Part shown: positions 46,735 through 57,103 of the stretch, in pieces
How the letters are laid out: each line of letters starts with the position of its first letter
How positions within the stretch are numbered: position 1 is the stretch's first letter
IMG/VR virus record: IMGVR_UViG_3300028027_000059
Coordinates: 1 to 64,000 of that record
Source of the DNA: a virus
Direction: 5' to 3' (one strand)
Length of the DNA: 64,000 bases
Made by a program: the position numbers and the translations under genes
The notes under the pieces: model-generated
Database searches by the model: none
The model's input: the letters and a program-made list of their open reading frames with translations, nothing else
Told to the model about the DNA's origin: nothing

Positions 46735-48357
46735 TTACATTCCAAATCCTGCCATTCCACCCATATCGTCTGCTTTCTTTTCATCTGGCTTACTATGGAT
46801 AACACATTCAGTCATAAGTAATGTAACTGCGGCTGCCGCTGCATTTTCAATTGCTGAGCGTACTACCTTAGTTGGATCAATAATACCTGCTTCAAATGCA
46901 TCAATTGTATTGTTTTCTGATAAATTAGGTACAATTGTATTTCCATCTTGAGCATATATTTGATTCCACCACTCATTAGCATCTTCACCAGCATTAGTTA
47001 AGATTTGTTTGAATGGAGTAGCACATGCTTTAAATACAATCTCAGCACCTTTACTCTTATCATCTTTACCATTAAGTACAAGTACTTTTCTAGCATGTAA
47101 TAATGCCACACCAGCACCTGGTAAAATACCTTCATCTAAAGCGGCTTTAGTTGCTTGTAAAGCATCGTCTAAACGATCTTTTTTCTCTTTCATTTCGATT
47201 TCAGTACCACCACCTACATTGATAATAGCAACCCCACCAACTAACTTACCTAAACGCTCTTGTAAACGCTCAACGTTATAAGGTGTTGTTTCTTTATCTA
47301 ATTGTGTTTTTAAAGACATGATACGCTCTTCAATCTTATCAGCATCACCTTTACCATCAACAATTGTAGTTGTTTCTTTACCCACAGTAACTACTCTAGC
47401 TTTACCTAACCAATCCATGTTTAATTTAGCTAATGACATACCTCTCTCAGTTGAAATAACTGTAGCGCCTGTCAAAATAGCCATATCTTCTAACATTTGG
47501 TTTCTTAAATCACCAAATCCAGGAGCTTTAACAGCAGCAACTTTTAATGCACCTCTACCCTTGTTCATAACAAGTGTTGCTAATGCTTCACCTTCAATAT
47601 CTTCAGCAATAACAAGTAACGATTTTTGTTCAGCAGATACTTTCTCTAGTAATGGTAATAAATCCTTAATTGTACTAATTTTCTTATCGTAAATTAAAAT
47701 TAATGGATCATTTAATACAGCTGACATTGAAGTATTATCAGTCACAAAGTAATGTGATTTATAACCTCTATCAAACTGTAAACCCTCTACTACCTCAAGT
47801 GATGTCTCACCTGAACGAGATTCTTCCACTGTAACTACCCCATCTCTACCTACTTTATCTAACGCTGTAGCTACTAACTCACCTATTTCAGTGTCGCCAT
47901 TAGCTGATAATGTTGCTACTTGCTTGATTTGTTCTTCACCTGTAATGTCTTTAGACATTGCTTTTAATTCAGCAACTACTTCTTTAACAGCGGCTTCAAT
48001 ACCACGCTTAATTTGAGTTGCATTAGTTGAAGCATGTGATGTAGCATTCAATGCTTGAGAAGCAATTGAATATGCTAACACAGTAGATGTTGTTGTACCA
48101 TCACCTGCTGCATCAACTGTTTTTTGTGCTGCCTGCTTAATAACTGTAGCGGCCATGTTTTCAATTGGATCTTCCAAAGTAATGGTTTTAGCTACTGTAA
48201 CACCATCTTTAGTTGATGAAACCTCACCATGTTCTTTTTCAATCAAAACATTACGTCCGAAAGGACCCATTGTTGTCGCAACTGCTTTATTTACTTTTTC
48301 GATGCCCGCTTGTAGCTTTTGTTTTGCTTCGCGATCGAAACTAATTATTTTACTCAT
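46735..48357 (-). CDS. groL: chaperonin GroEL (Cpn60)
   Basis: 540 aa with GroEL-wide similarity. ATP-binding DGTTT and a GGM-type C-terminal tail (MGGMAGFGM). Confidence 0.9.
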   Translation of the reverse strand: MSKIISFDREAKQKLQAGIEKVNKAVATTMGPFGRNVLIEKEHGEVSSTKDGVTVAKTITLEDPIENMAATVIKQAAQKTVDAAGDGTTTSTVLAYSIASQALNATSHASTNATQIKRGIEAAVKEVVAELKAMSKDITGEEQIKQVATLSANGDTEIGELVATALDKVGRDGVVTVEESRSGETSLEVVEGLQFDRGYKSHYFVTDNTSMSAVLNDPLILIYDKKISTIKDLLPLLEKVSAEQKSLLVIAEDIEGEALATLVMNKGRGALKVAAVKAPGFGDLRNQMLEDMAILTGATVISTERGMSLAKLNMDWLGKARVVTVGKETTTIVDGKGDADKIEERIMSLKTQLDKETTPYNVERLQERLGKLVGGVAIINVGGGTEIEMKEKKDRLDDALQATKAALDEGILPGAGVALLHARKVLVLNGKDDKSKGAEIVFKACATPFKQILTNAGEDANEWWNQIYAQDGNTIVPNLSENNTIDAFEAGIIDPTKVVRSAIENAAAAAVTLLMTECVIHSKPDEKKADDMGGMAGFGM

Positions 48358-48364
48358 TTTTTAT

Positions 48365-48655
48365 TTATTTTTCTATTACTGCAATTAAATCTGTTTCTTT
48401 TAACACAACGTACTCATCACCATCAACGGTAATTTTAGTACCTCCGAATGCAGGAAACACTACTGTTAAACCCACTTCTAAAGTTGTTTTTACATAAGCA
48501 CCTGTTTCAGTAGTTCTACCTAATCCAATTGCTACAATCTCACCCATTAGCGGTTTTTCCTTACCCATATCAGGTACTAGGATGTTACCATACATTTCTT
48601 CTGTGTTGTCAGTTTGTTTAATCACAACGTTGTTGTGTAACGGAATAATTTTCAT
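48365..48655 (-). CDS. groS: co-chaperonin GroES (Cpn10)
   Basis: 96 aa, MKIIPLHNNVVIK. Lies directly upstream of groEL. Confidence 0.8.
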   Translation of the reverse strand: MKIIPLHNNVVIKQTDNTEEMYGNILVPDMGKEKPLMGEIVAIGLGRTTETGAYVKTTLEVGLTVVFPAFGGTKITVDGDEYVVLKETDLIAVIEK

Positions 48656-48683
48656 TTTATAACTTTGTTTATTTTTAAATATA

Positions 48684-48695
48684 ACGACAGGTCTC
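48684..48695. promoter_or_regulatory. 12-mer ACGACAGGTCTC upstream of groES
   Basis: The same 12-mer occurs in the opposite orientation at 49204-49215 upstream of hsp20. Confidence 0.35.
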
Positions 48696-48708
48696 GGGTT
48701 TTCAAAAC

Positions 48709-49161
48709 TTATTTTTTCTTGCTTGGTTTTAACTCAAGCGGAGCATTAATCGAAATTTTCTTTGGTGCTCTTTCTGCTGAAACTGGAATGTCAATTATTA
48801 ACAATCCTTTATCCATAGTAGCTGTTAATTGATTTAAATCAAATTTCATTGCTACTTTCCATGCTAAATCAAATGAACGTCTAGCTATACCTCTTTGGAT
48901 ATAAGGACGGTATTCATCTGTTGCCTTTCTGTCGTGGGTAATTCTAAGTGTATCTCCTTCTACTTGGATATCTAAGTCTTCTTGATTGAGACCTACTACT
49001 GCTAATTCGAAACGTAAACCGTTTTCGATTTCATAAATGTCAACTGGATAGTTGATTTTGCTGTCTAATGTATTGAATGGGGAATTTACATCTAAAAAAT
49101 TCTTCCAAACAATGTCGAATGGGTCCATTGCCCAATGTTGTAATTGTGTCATTTTGTTCAC
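48709..49161 (-). CDS. small heat-shock protein (Hsp20 / alpha-crystallin domain)
   Basis: ACD core FELAVVGLNQEDLDIQVEGDTLRITH...RSFDL. Confidence 0.8.
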   Translation of the reverse strand: MNKMTQLQHWAMDPFDIVWKNFLDVNSPFNTLDSKINYPVDIYEIENGLRFELAVVGLNQEDLDIQVEGDTLRITHDRKATDEYRPYIQRGIARRSFDLAWKVAMKFDLNQLTATMDKGLLIIDIPVSAERAPKKISINAPLELKPSKKK

Positions 49162-49199
49162 ATTTTGTGCTCCCCTAAGGTAAGCGGTTTAATAATAAA

Positions 49200-49224
49200 A
49201 TTTGAGACCTGTCGTATCTCAAAT
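49200..49224. promoter_or_regulatory. inverted repeat ATTTGAGA-N9-TCTCAAAT upstream of hsp20
   Basis: Contains the shared 12-mer GAGACCTGTCGT (reverse complement of ACGACAGGTCTC). Confidence 0.35.
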
Positions 49225-49240
49225 ATAAATATATCCAAGA

Positions 49241-49963
49241 TTATATTTTCGCGAGAATTATATAAGAAGATTGTTGAAAATCTTCGGTCATGAAATCTAA
49301 TTTCATAGCACCATCATTTGAAACATAAGCATTACCTGTAGCTCCATAATTAGCATCGAATATAGCTTTTAAATAATCTGCATTGAATTTTAATGTTGTA
49401 GATTCCATAGCTAATTCTGTAATTGGAATTTCAAATTGTATTTTATTTGAGTGTCCTTCGGGTTCACCTAATGTAAAGTTTACCTTATGTTCATTATCTT
49501 CGTTTGTGTATGCTTTTAATATTGTTGTATCCGAATTTAATGCTTTTTTAGCTTTAATCCAATTGTTAATAAAGTCATTATCAATAGTAAATTCATAGTC
49601 GCTTTCAAATTCACTAACTGTAAAATTAACGTTTGGTGCTAACATTAAGTTTGCTAAAGCATATTCTAAGTTATATTCGCTGTCGGCTAATAATAGTTTA
49701 GTTGCTATTTTACCTTCAAGCTGTATATCCATAGTAAGGAATTGGTTACATATCCCGACAAGCTTTAAAAATTTGGACGTGTCGAATATTACAAATTCAC
49801 TATCTGGAAATTCGAATGGAGCCGTAACTACACCTACCATATCTTTAGTTGGTGAGAATGTTTTGATAGTAACAGTGTTATCTTTAACTGTCCATTTTAC
49901 TTTTTCGCCTATACCATTTAGGTAGTACTTATCGATTATCGATATTAATGATTGTTTTTCCAT
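49241..49963 (-). CDS. putative sliding clamp (gp45-like)
   Basis: 240 aa, a size typical of phage clamps. Lies between the polymerase and chaperone genes near the clamp loader. Call is from context only. Confidence 0.35.
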   Translation of the reverse strand: MEKQSLISIIDKYYLNGIGEKVKWTVKDNTVTIKTFSPTKDMVGVVTAPFEFPDSEFVIFDTSKFLKLVGICNQFLTMDIQLEGKIATKLLLADSEYNLEYALANLMLAPNVNFTVSEFESDYEFTIDNDFINNWIKAKKALNSDTTILKAYTNEDNEHKVNFTLGEPEGHSNKIQFEIPITELAMESTTLKFNADYLKAIFDANYGATGNAYVSNDGAMKLDFMTEDFQQSSYIILAKI

Positions 49964-49964
49964 A

Positions 49965-50303
49965 TTATTTCCAAAGTATTTGAATTAAAATTATGCAAAC
50001 TCCTAGGCTTAAACAAGTAAGTGTTTTAGGAGTTAATGGTTCATTAAACATAAAATGAGACATAGCAGTAAATACTATTACTCCTATCCCAAACCCAATT
50101 AAACGTGAAGGCCATATTTGCCCATCATATGCACCTACGAAATTACGTACCGAATACATAAATAACAATGATATAGGTACACCCATACACGCTACTAGTA
50201 ATGTATTATTTTTAAACCACTCTATTTTCATTTGTCCTTGTAGTTGGAAAAATGTAAGCACTTGGGCTATTAGACCAAATATAAAACCTTTTAATAATTG
50301 CAT
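49965..50303 (-). CDS. membrane protein
   Basis: 112 aa with three to four TM helices. The promoter-like motif abuts its ATG. Confidence 0.4.
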   Translation of the reverse strand: MQLLKGFIFGLIAQVLTFFQLQGQMKIEWFKNNTLLVACMGVPISLLFMYSVRNFVGAYDGQIWPSRLIGFGIGVIVFTAMSHFMFNEPLTPKTLTCLSLGVCIILIQILWK

Positions 50304-50304
50304 A

Positions 50305-50317
50305 ACGTGAATATATA
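50305..50317 (-). promoter_or_regulatory. conserved promoter-like motif abutting a start codon
   Basis: Minus sense TATATATTCACGTTATG. The same arrangement occurs at 12885-12897. Confidence 0.35.
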
Positions 50318-50330
50318 ACCTTTATTGTGA

Positions 50331-52901
50331 CTAATCAAATTTAAAGAATTTACCTGCTTTTTCGTGCATCGATGGGAATACCCATCCTAAATCCTCATAA
50401 ATACCTACTAACTTATTCATCAATGATGATTCGAATCCCTGTTCTCTATCAGCATATTTGTTCATAAATTCAGTTATAAATTCAGGATCATTACCTGTAA
50501 ATCCTATTACATCGATTCTATATGGATTATCTTTCAATTGAATATATTTCATTTTATCACCTTCAGTAAAACATGGATATTTTTTATCTAGTTTCTTAAA
50601 ACGTAGTAAATCATTATACCATATTGCTGCTTTGGTATTGATAGGACATTTTAATTTTAATGTACTAAATATCTCACCAATACCTGGTTTACGATCAATA
50701 TATGAAGATACTTGTTTTACTCCAGTAGGTTTAGCTATATCACTAAGAGGTAAGTCTTTAACATATTTTTTAAAGTCAAGTATACGTTTATCAATATCTG
50801 ATTTAGGAGCACCAAACATAATTTGTTGTAATAGTTCCTCTCCAAATTTACGATACATTGGGGTCATATTTGATTTCATTAGATCAAGACCCATCATTAC
50901 CATTTCATCAACAGTAACACCTTCTTTATTTACAATATACATTGCATAACGTCTTTTACCTGCAAAGTAACCTCTTTCAATAACCACTTCTTGTTTTAAT
51001 TCAAAATAATGATCACCTTTAATATTAAATTTTTCTCTAGCTACACGTTCAATATTAGCATTAGCATATTTTTGTACTTCAGTAGCAATCTCTAATACTG
51101 CTTTAATATATTCATCCTTAGTTTTAGTTTCAGGATAGCGTTGTAATACTAAATCTTTAACTTGAATGAATAATGAATCAGTATCTGATGTTACAACATA
51201 ATCTTTATCAGTAGTACCTAGTTGTTCATTCATCCAAGCATTACAAAATTTAATTGATTCTTGTGTTACACGTTGGCCTGTAAGTGTAATGGCTTTAGAT
51301 ATAATTTTATGTCCGTCAGTGTATCTCCATCCGTTAATAGCATAACAGCCATAAACGTCATTTAATTTAATTTTGTAAGCATGTTGTCTACGGTTGTAGA
51401 ATTCGCCTTTAACAGCATCGCCTGCTTTATAGGCTTTCTTCATTAAATTTTTATATTCAACACGCTTATTAAACCAATCAGTTAATACCTCACACACTAC
51501 AGATGGTTTATCGGTTCTAAAGATAGCACCCGATGCTGCTATCATCATTCCTCCTTGTTCAATGTAATCAATAATTTGACCTACTTTAATTTCGCTTTGT
51601 GATGTTGTTTTATCATCTTTTAGGCGTTCAATAGTAACTAATTGTTCATGATCCATTCCTTTAAGATCATCTAATGTCCAATTATTATCGTATTTATCTT
51701 TATTAACTATACGTCCAATGTATGTTTCAATACCAATATTAAGCGAGCGTATAATTGACGGATACAACGACGTAAAATCCAAATCAATAACCCATTCATA
51801 AAGTCCAGGTACTGGGTCTTTTAGGTATCCACCTGCATATTCTTCTTTAATGTCGTATAATGCAGGGCGAATAGTAGTTGGTTTATTTGGTGAAACTATA
51901 TCTTGACGTTTAAGATATGTTAATATAGCTCCATCATTTAGTGCTGTTGATAAATAAATCTGTTCATAGGGCACATGACATAAGTGACAAATTGCAATTG
52001 TTAATTCTATAAATTTGAATTTACTTTCTAATTTAATTAATATTTCAACGTCACGAATATTATATTCAATAAACTTATTTATATCTTCTTGAAATAATCT
52101 ATCTAAATTACCTTCATATTCAATTTTAGATAATCCAACATATTTCTCTCCTATATCACCTAATTTGTAAGACGGTTCTTGTTTTGGATTATACTTTTTA
52201 AACAACAACATATAATCTAAATGATTTAATCCTGCTAATTCTACAGGAGCATCATGTGCATATTGTCCAAATTTTACTTTACGTAACGGAGACATACGAG
52301 CAGCCTCACTAGCACCTAATTGATTTTCTATTCTATAATATAAGAATGGAACGTCAAAATATTCTGTATTCCATCCTGTGATAATAGTAGGATCTAATTG
52401 TTCCCATAAATTAAGGAAGGCATGTAGTAAATCATGCTCATGAGGAAATGGAATAATAGCTCTATTTTCCTCATTAATAGTTTGTAGCTGTTGTTTTTCA
52501 TCTAAAATTAAACAGTAATACTTTTGAGTAGTATTATCATAAATAGCTATAGATGTAATTTTAGTAGGGGCATTTTTAATGAGTTCAGGTGTTAATGCAC
52601 CTGCAATTTCACACTCAATATCGAAGTAAACAATGTTCTGCCACTCAGCAGTATCATCACTGTCTTTATATTTGTCAATTAATACTGATGTGTAGGCATC
52701 TAAATCTGATTCATATAATGAGTTATCCTTCCAATCATATTTGGTTACAGCGTTAGCACGCTTACCATCTAATGTTTGGTACTGACCATTAGGGTCAATC
52801 TTGAATCGTGGGCGATGATATTTGAATTCGCTCCAACCAGTCTTGTCGTCACGTAAATTAAATGTGTAGGTAGACCTATCGTAATAAATTGCTTGATACA
52901 T
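50331..52901 (-). CDS. DNA polymerase family B
   Basis: DFTSLYPSII (DxxSLYPS), KLNDVYGCYA (KxxxNSxYG-like) and VTSDTDSLF (YGDTDS-like). Confidence 0.9.
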   Translation of the reverse strand: MYQAIYYDRSTYTFNLRDDKTGWSEFKYHRPRFKIDPNGQYQTLDGKRANAVTKYDWKDNSLYESDLDAYTSVLIDKYKDSDDTAEWQNIVYFDIECEIAGALTPELIKNAPTKITSIAIYDNTTQKYYCLILDEKQQLQTINEENRAIIPFPHEHDLLHAFLNLWEQLDPTIITGWNTEYFDVPFLYYRIENQLGASEAARMSPLRKVKFGQYAHDAPVELAGLNHLDYMLLFKKYNPKQEPSYKLGDIGEKYVGLSKIEYEGNLDRLFQEDINKFIEYNIRDVEILIKLESKFKFIELTIAICHLCHVPYEQIYLSTALNDGAILTYLKRQDIVSPNKPTTIRPALYDIKEEYAGGYLKDPVPGLYEWVIDLDFTSLYPSIIRSLNIGIETYIGRIVNKDKYDNNWTLDDLKGMDHEQLVTIERLKDDKTTSQSEIKVGQIIDYIEQGGMMIAASGAIFRTDKPSVVCEVLTDWFNKRVEYKNLMKKAYKAGDAVKGEFYNRRQHAYKIKLNDVYGCYAINGWRYTDGHKIISKAITLTGQRVTQESIKFCNAWMNEQLGTTDKDYVVTSDTDSLFIQVKDLVLQRYPETKTKDEYIKAVLEIATEVQKYANANIERVAREKFNIKGDHYFELKQEVVIERGYFAGKRRYAMYIVNKEGVTVDEMVMMGLDLMKSNMTPMYRKFGEELLQQIMFGAPKSDIDKRILDFKKYVKDLPLSDIAKPTGVKQVSSYIDRKPGIGEIFSTLKLKCPINTKAAIWYNDLLRFKKLDKKYPCFTEGDKMKYIQLKDNPYRIDVIGFTGNDPEFITEFMNKYADREQGFESSLMNKLVGIYEDLGWVFPSMHEKAGKFFKFD

Positions 52902-52936
52902 ACCTTAAATATAAGATATTATTTTTGCCCTACAAA

Positions 52937-53491
52937 CTAACTAAATGTTAAAGTAATTGTTTGTGTTGGAGCATTAACTGTAGTACCATTGACACCACCC
53001 CAGTTTAAGTTATTAATCATTGGTCTTAAAGAGTATGTACTAGAAGCACTACATGAACCAATATTTGAAAATTCAACAGCTACACCTCCAATTTTAGGAG
53101 CACCACAACCAATACCAACATACCAAGTATTTGAAGAACCGGTTCCTATAAGAAAATTTCCAGCAGTGGCCGTTCTTAAATTATTTGCAATTTGTTGAAC
53201 TTTAATAGCATCAGTAACAGTTATACCAGCATTTAAATTACTAAAGAACCTGAATGTAGTGTAAGTACCTGTTAAACTTGCTCTAAATGTATTCCAAGCC
53301 GTTTCTATTGTAGTAGTTGGAGCAACACCTTGAGTAAATAGTTGAGAAAATGTAGTTCCTGATGGTAAAGGAGTTGGTGTTGGAATTGGTGGTGCAAATT
53401 CACCTACACTAAGGCCAATATTGCCTGTGTTGTTTGTGTTTGATAATCTTAAATTACCAGATGACCCATTATTGGAAAGTTGTATTGGCAT
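52937..53491 (-). CDS. putative virion structural protein (fibre-associated?)
   Basis: T/N/G-rich protein just downstream of the tail-fibre gene. Confidence 0.35.
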   Translation of the reverse strand: MPIQLSNNGSSGNLRLSNTNNTGNIGLSVGEFAPPIPTPTPLPSGTTFSQLFTQGVAPTTTIETAWNTFRASLTGTYTTFRFFSNLNAGITVTDAIKVQQIANNLRTATAGNFLIGTGSSNTWYVGIGCGAPKIGGVAVEFSNIGSCSASSTYSLRPMINNLNWGGVNGTTVNAPTQTITLTFS

Positions 53492-53530
53492 ATATATAAA
53501 TATAAGATGGGGCTTTTTAGGCCCCACTTT

Positions 53531-55252
53531 TTATACTAATCTAATTTTTATTGTGCCTGAGGTATGATATAAACCTCCTAAAGGAATACCACTTCCTGAT
53601 GCTTCAGTGTCATCAGCAAAATTAAAGCTTGATGATACTTGAGATAATATTGCTGTAGATCTTTGTACTGTTAATGAACCACTAGTTATCATTGATCCAC
53701 TAGTATAAAGATTATTTGAAAATATAGCTAAACCTGAACTGCTAATAAATAGTCTTTGGTTACCAAGACCATCAGCTATAATAATAGTATTATTTATAGA
53801 TGAAGTTTGTGGTAAAATTACTGCGCCTATAAAGGTATTATTAGAACCTGTTGTTAAATTTGAACCAGCAAAAGTACCTATAAATGTATTGTTTGAACCT
53901 GATATTAAGTCGGTTCCTGATCTTGAACCATAAGAAGAGTTATTAGTACCCGCTAATAGGCTAAATCCAGTATTCAAACCTATACCAATGTTGTTAGAAC
54001 CTGATGTAAGTGAGAAATGGCTAAAGTCACCTATTGCTATGTTTCTAATATTAGAAGCACTAACATTGCTAAATAAGGTGTTTACACCTATGGCTACGTT
54101 AGAACTAATTTTATTAGCTCCCGTTCCTATAGGTAATCCTTGAATTGATAGTGAACCAGTACCAGTAATAGATATATCACCGTTTATTACTTGGCTACCA
54201 CTAAATACATTTGAACTCGTTGTTGCAAGTATTGATTTATGATAACCATCTAAGAAATCTGCATTTGAAGCACTTAATGCGTAAGATGAACTTATAGCAC
54301 TAAAAGCAAGGGATGAAGTTTCAGCGTATATTGTATAAGAAGCTGTGTGCATTTCATCTACCATCATAGCATAAGATGCTGTATCAGACATTATTGAGTA
54401 TGAAGCAGTATCAGCTATCATAGCATATGAAGCAGTATCAGCCATAATAGCATATGAAGATGTGTGCATTTCATCCACCATCATAGCATAAGAAGCAGTA
54501 TCAGACATCATTGAGTATGAAGCGCTTGTAGCATTGGCTGCTTGAGAAGATATCAAAGCGTATGAAGCGCTTGTAGCATTGGCTGCTTGAGATGCTATAG
54601 ATGCATAAGAAGCACTTATAGCATTGTATGCTTGAGAAGCTGTAAAAGCGTAAGAAGCACTTTCGATACTACCACCAATAGTACCATTAATGATTCCTGT
54701 TACTGTTAAACTACCTGTAATAACTGTATTAACTTTTGAGGTAAAGGTAGATCCATCTTCAAATAATGCGGATGAAGTAATGTGATCACCACCTTGTCCT
54801 TTCATTAATGCATTTAATGTAGTTCCTTGTTCATTACCCATTGAACCCGTATTACGAGGACCTGAAATTAACATACCACCACTATAGCTTGAACCAGATG
54901 GGTTTGTATAAATCCAATGGTTGGCTTGGCTATCCCATAATATAGAGCCTGTTAATCCAGTTGATCCTGAATCATAAACAGCTAAACCTCCAAATCTAAT
55001 ACTTGGAGTACTAGTATTAACTGTAATTAAGTTAGTACTAATATCAAGTTGCGATGAAGTAATATACGATATACTTGAAGTACCATATACATTTAAGTTA
55101 CCAAATATTGATTGGTTACCTATAAATTCATTTGAACCTATGGTTGCAAATGAACCTGTATTATTGGCTAAATTTTCTAAGAAATCTAAGTTAGCATCAC
55201 CTTCTGCAAATGTTAGCGGAGTACCTTTTACTAGTCTTTTTATTAATGGCAT
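53531..55252 (-). CDS. putative tail fibre with internal tandem peptide repeats
   Basis: 573 aa. Repeated TASYAM(M/I)xD and ASQAANATSASYA units. S/T/N/G-rich flanks. Confidence 0.5.
   Translation of the reverse strand: MPLIKRLVKGTPLTFAEGDANLDFLENLANNTGSFATIGSNEFIGNQSIFGNLNVYGTSSISYITSSQLDISTNLITVNTSTPSIRFGGLAVYDSGSTGLTGSILWDSQANHWIYTNPSGSSYSGGMLISGPRNTGSMGNEQGTTLNALMKGQGGDHITSSALFEDGSTFTSKVNTVITGSLTVTGIINGTIGGSIESASYAFTASQAYNAISASYASIASQAANATSASYALISSQAANATSASYSMMSDTASYAMMVDEMHTSSYAIMADTASYAMIADTASYSIMSDTASYAMMVDEMHTASYTIYAETSSLAFSAISSSYALSASNADFLDGYHKSILATTSSNVFSGSQVINGDISITGTGSLSIQGLPIGTGANKISSNVAIGVNTLFSNVSASNIRNIAIGDFSHFSLTSGSNNIGIGLNTGFSLLAGTNNSSYGSRSGTDLISGSNNTFIGTFAGSNLTTGSNNTFIGAVILPQTSSINNTIIIADGLGNQRLFISSSGLAIFSNNLYTSGSMITSGSLTVQRSTAILSQVSSSFNFADDTEASGSGIPLGGLYHTSGTIKIRLV
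54240..54700. repeat. coding tandem repeats (~21-42-nt units) within the fibre gene
   Basis: Repeated gcatatgaagcagtatcag and tgcttgagaagctat variants are visible on the plus strand. Confidence 0.5.
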
Positions 55253-55255
55253 ATT

Positions 55256-55552
55256 TTATAGGAATGTAGTTTCGTAATAATATTGATCACCTTCTACATC
55301 ATAATAATCATCCCCGTTTACAGGATAATAATATGAATTTACTACTGTTGGGGCCCCTTTAGCAAATGATGGAGAAGACTGGTTTATATATGACACACTA
55401 CCAACACCATCAATAGTTCTATCACTAATGATGCTTAGACCTACAGTATAAGGAGATGCAGGGCGTGCAGGTCCTAAACTAGATTTTAATCCTAATAATC
55501 CTGTATTGCGTGGTGCCAAAATAAATGTGCTTTGCGTATAAATATACAACAA
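55256..55552 (-). CDS. hypothetical protein
   Basis: 98-aa ORF. Confidence 0.35.
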   Translation of the reverse strand: MLYIYTQSTFILAPRNTGLLGLKSSLGPARPASPYTVGLSIISDRTIDGVGSVSYINQSSPSFAKGAPTVVNSYYYPVNGDDYYDVEGDQYYYETTFL

Positions 55553-55575
55553 AGCACAATATTTTTAAAATTTAA

Positions 55576-56103
55576 TTACAAGCTACTGCGTTGCTTATCA
55601 TTTTGCCACTGACCATCATACTTTTCAGCTGGTTCACATTCATGAAAATAGATTTGTGCTACACGAGCATCTTTCTCAATGAATAATGGCTCATGGACGT
55701 ACAACAATGTGCCCATAAATTCTGTTTCAAATCCTGGATCAAATACAGGGCTATTAATTATTGCACCATTACGATATAATGATGAGCGTTGTTTGATAAA
55801 TGCTACACGATTTTCAGGTATTTTACAACCTTCATTAAATGTAATATCATATACACCATCATGTAATAACCACCCTTCAACACCATCTAACATGATAGTA
55901 CTTTGTAAAGTATAGGTAGTTAATTGCGTTTTATCTTTTAATACTTTACCAATTCTACCCTCCTTAAACGTATTGTAACCAATTCTGTTACCAATTTTAT
56001 TTACTGCTTTTAAGGTAATATCATAACCAACCTGTGCTGGTTTGCCTTGTGCATGTTCTAATAATAATAACCCTTCGTCAATAATTTGTTTTGCGTTTAA
56101 CAT
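55576..56103 (-). CDS. dcd: dCTP deaminase (dUTPase superfamily)
   Basis: VGYDITLK, SSLYRNG and DPGFETEFMGTLL. Confidence 0.7.
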   Translation of the reverse strand: MLNAKQIIDEGLLLLEHAQGKPAQVGYDITLKAVNKIGNRIGYNTFKEGRIGKVLKDKTQLTTYTLQSTIMLDGVEGWLLHDGVYDITFNEGCKIPENRVAFIKQRSSLYRNGAIINSPVFDPGFETEFMGTLLYVHEPLFIEKDARVAQIYFHECEPAEKYDGQWQNDKQRSSL

Positions 56104-56466
56104 AACTTTATTTTATTCTTTTAGATTCTATGTATTGTGCTTTTAACACTTCAGTTCTACGTACAACAGAAGGTTTAGTAAAGGTCTGACGATTACGCAG
56201 TTCCTTTACTATACCAATCTTGTTGTGTTTATTTTTGTATAATTTTAATACCTGTTCTATAGGTTTATTTCGTGCATCTATTATAATCATATAAATAAAT
56301 ATATTATAATTCTTCAGCCACTCCTAATAGTTCAGCTATAATTAGTAAAGCACCAGCTAATGGTAATTTACCAAATATTAAAGCAAATCCAGCCCCAAAT
56401 CTAAAACCAGATTTAACTAGGCTAATCCAGAAATGCCAATTTGTATGTGATTCTTTTATTTGCATA

Positions 56467-57099
56467 TTAGAATTTTGTTCCATTTACTTCAATTGCGTGT
56501 AAGAATTCTTCACGAATTAAATTTTCTTTTTCCATAAATACACCACTAAACTTATTTGTAGTCATAGTAGAACCATGTTTAATACCTCTGTGTGAACAAC
56601 ATGTATGCTTACAAGCAATACTAACTGCTACTGATTCACACTGCATTTTATCAGCAATATAATCATGAATTTGTGTTGTTAATGACTCTTGCATTTGTGG
56701 TCTACGTCCAAACCATTCAACTATACGATTTAATTTACTTAAACCAATAACGTTTTCTGCTGGTACATAAGCTACTGTAGCATAACCTGTAAATGCTAAA
56801 TTGTGGTGAGCACACATACTAACAATAGGGATACCTGATTGGATTACTAACCCATCGTAGCCTTCATCATTAGGGAATACTGTAATATTTGGTTCATCAC
56901 TAACTGATCCTACGATTAGGTCTTTTAACCATGCTTTAGCTACACGACGAGGTGTATCTACTGTTTGTCTATCAGCTGTGTAGTCAAATCCCACTGCATT
57001 AAGGAAATTTCCGTATGCTTTAGCTGCTTTATCAATCATTTGCTCAATTTCTTTTGGTGTACGAGCTAAACTACCATTTGATTTTTTTAATAATTCCAT
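56467..57099 (-). CDS. folE: GTP cyclohydrolase I (FolE)
   Basis: VSMCAHHNLAF is the CxHH zinc motif. QMQESLTTQI. Confidence 0.8.
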   Translation of the reverse strand: MELLKKSNGSLARTPKEIEQMIDKAAKAYGNFLNAVGFDYTADRQTVDTPRRVAKAWLKDLIVGSVSDEPNITVFPNDEGYDGLVIQSGIPIVSMCAHHNLAFTGYATVAYVPAENVIGLSKLNRIVEWFGRRPQMQESLTTQIHDYIADKMQCESVAVSIACKHTCCSHRGIKHGSTMTTNKFSGVFMEKENLIREEFLHAIEVNGTKF

Positions 57100-57103
57100 T
57101 TGT

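Noticed and set aside
46530-48388. Plus-strand ORFs antisense to the clamp loader, GroEL and GroES (46530..46802, 46703..46951, 47009..47281, 47318..47692, 48155..48388)
   Set aside because: They are antisense to well-supported conserved genes. They have Ala/Ser/Leu-rich composition typical of a GC-skewed antisense frame. No upstream promoter-like motif is present.
17093-54700. Possible CRISPR arrays at the tandem-repeat regions (17093-17583, 54240-54700)
   Set aside because: The repeats are in-frame codon repeats with no unique spacers of constant length, no leader and no cas genes. They are coding repeats.
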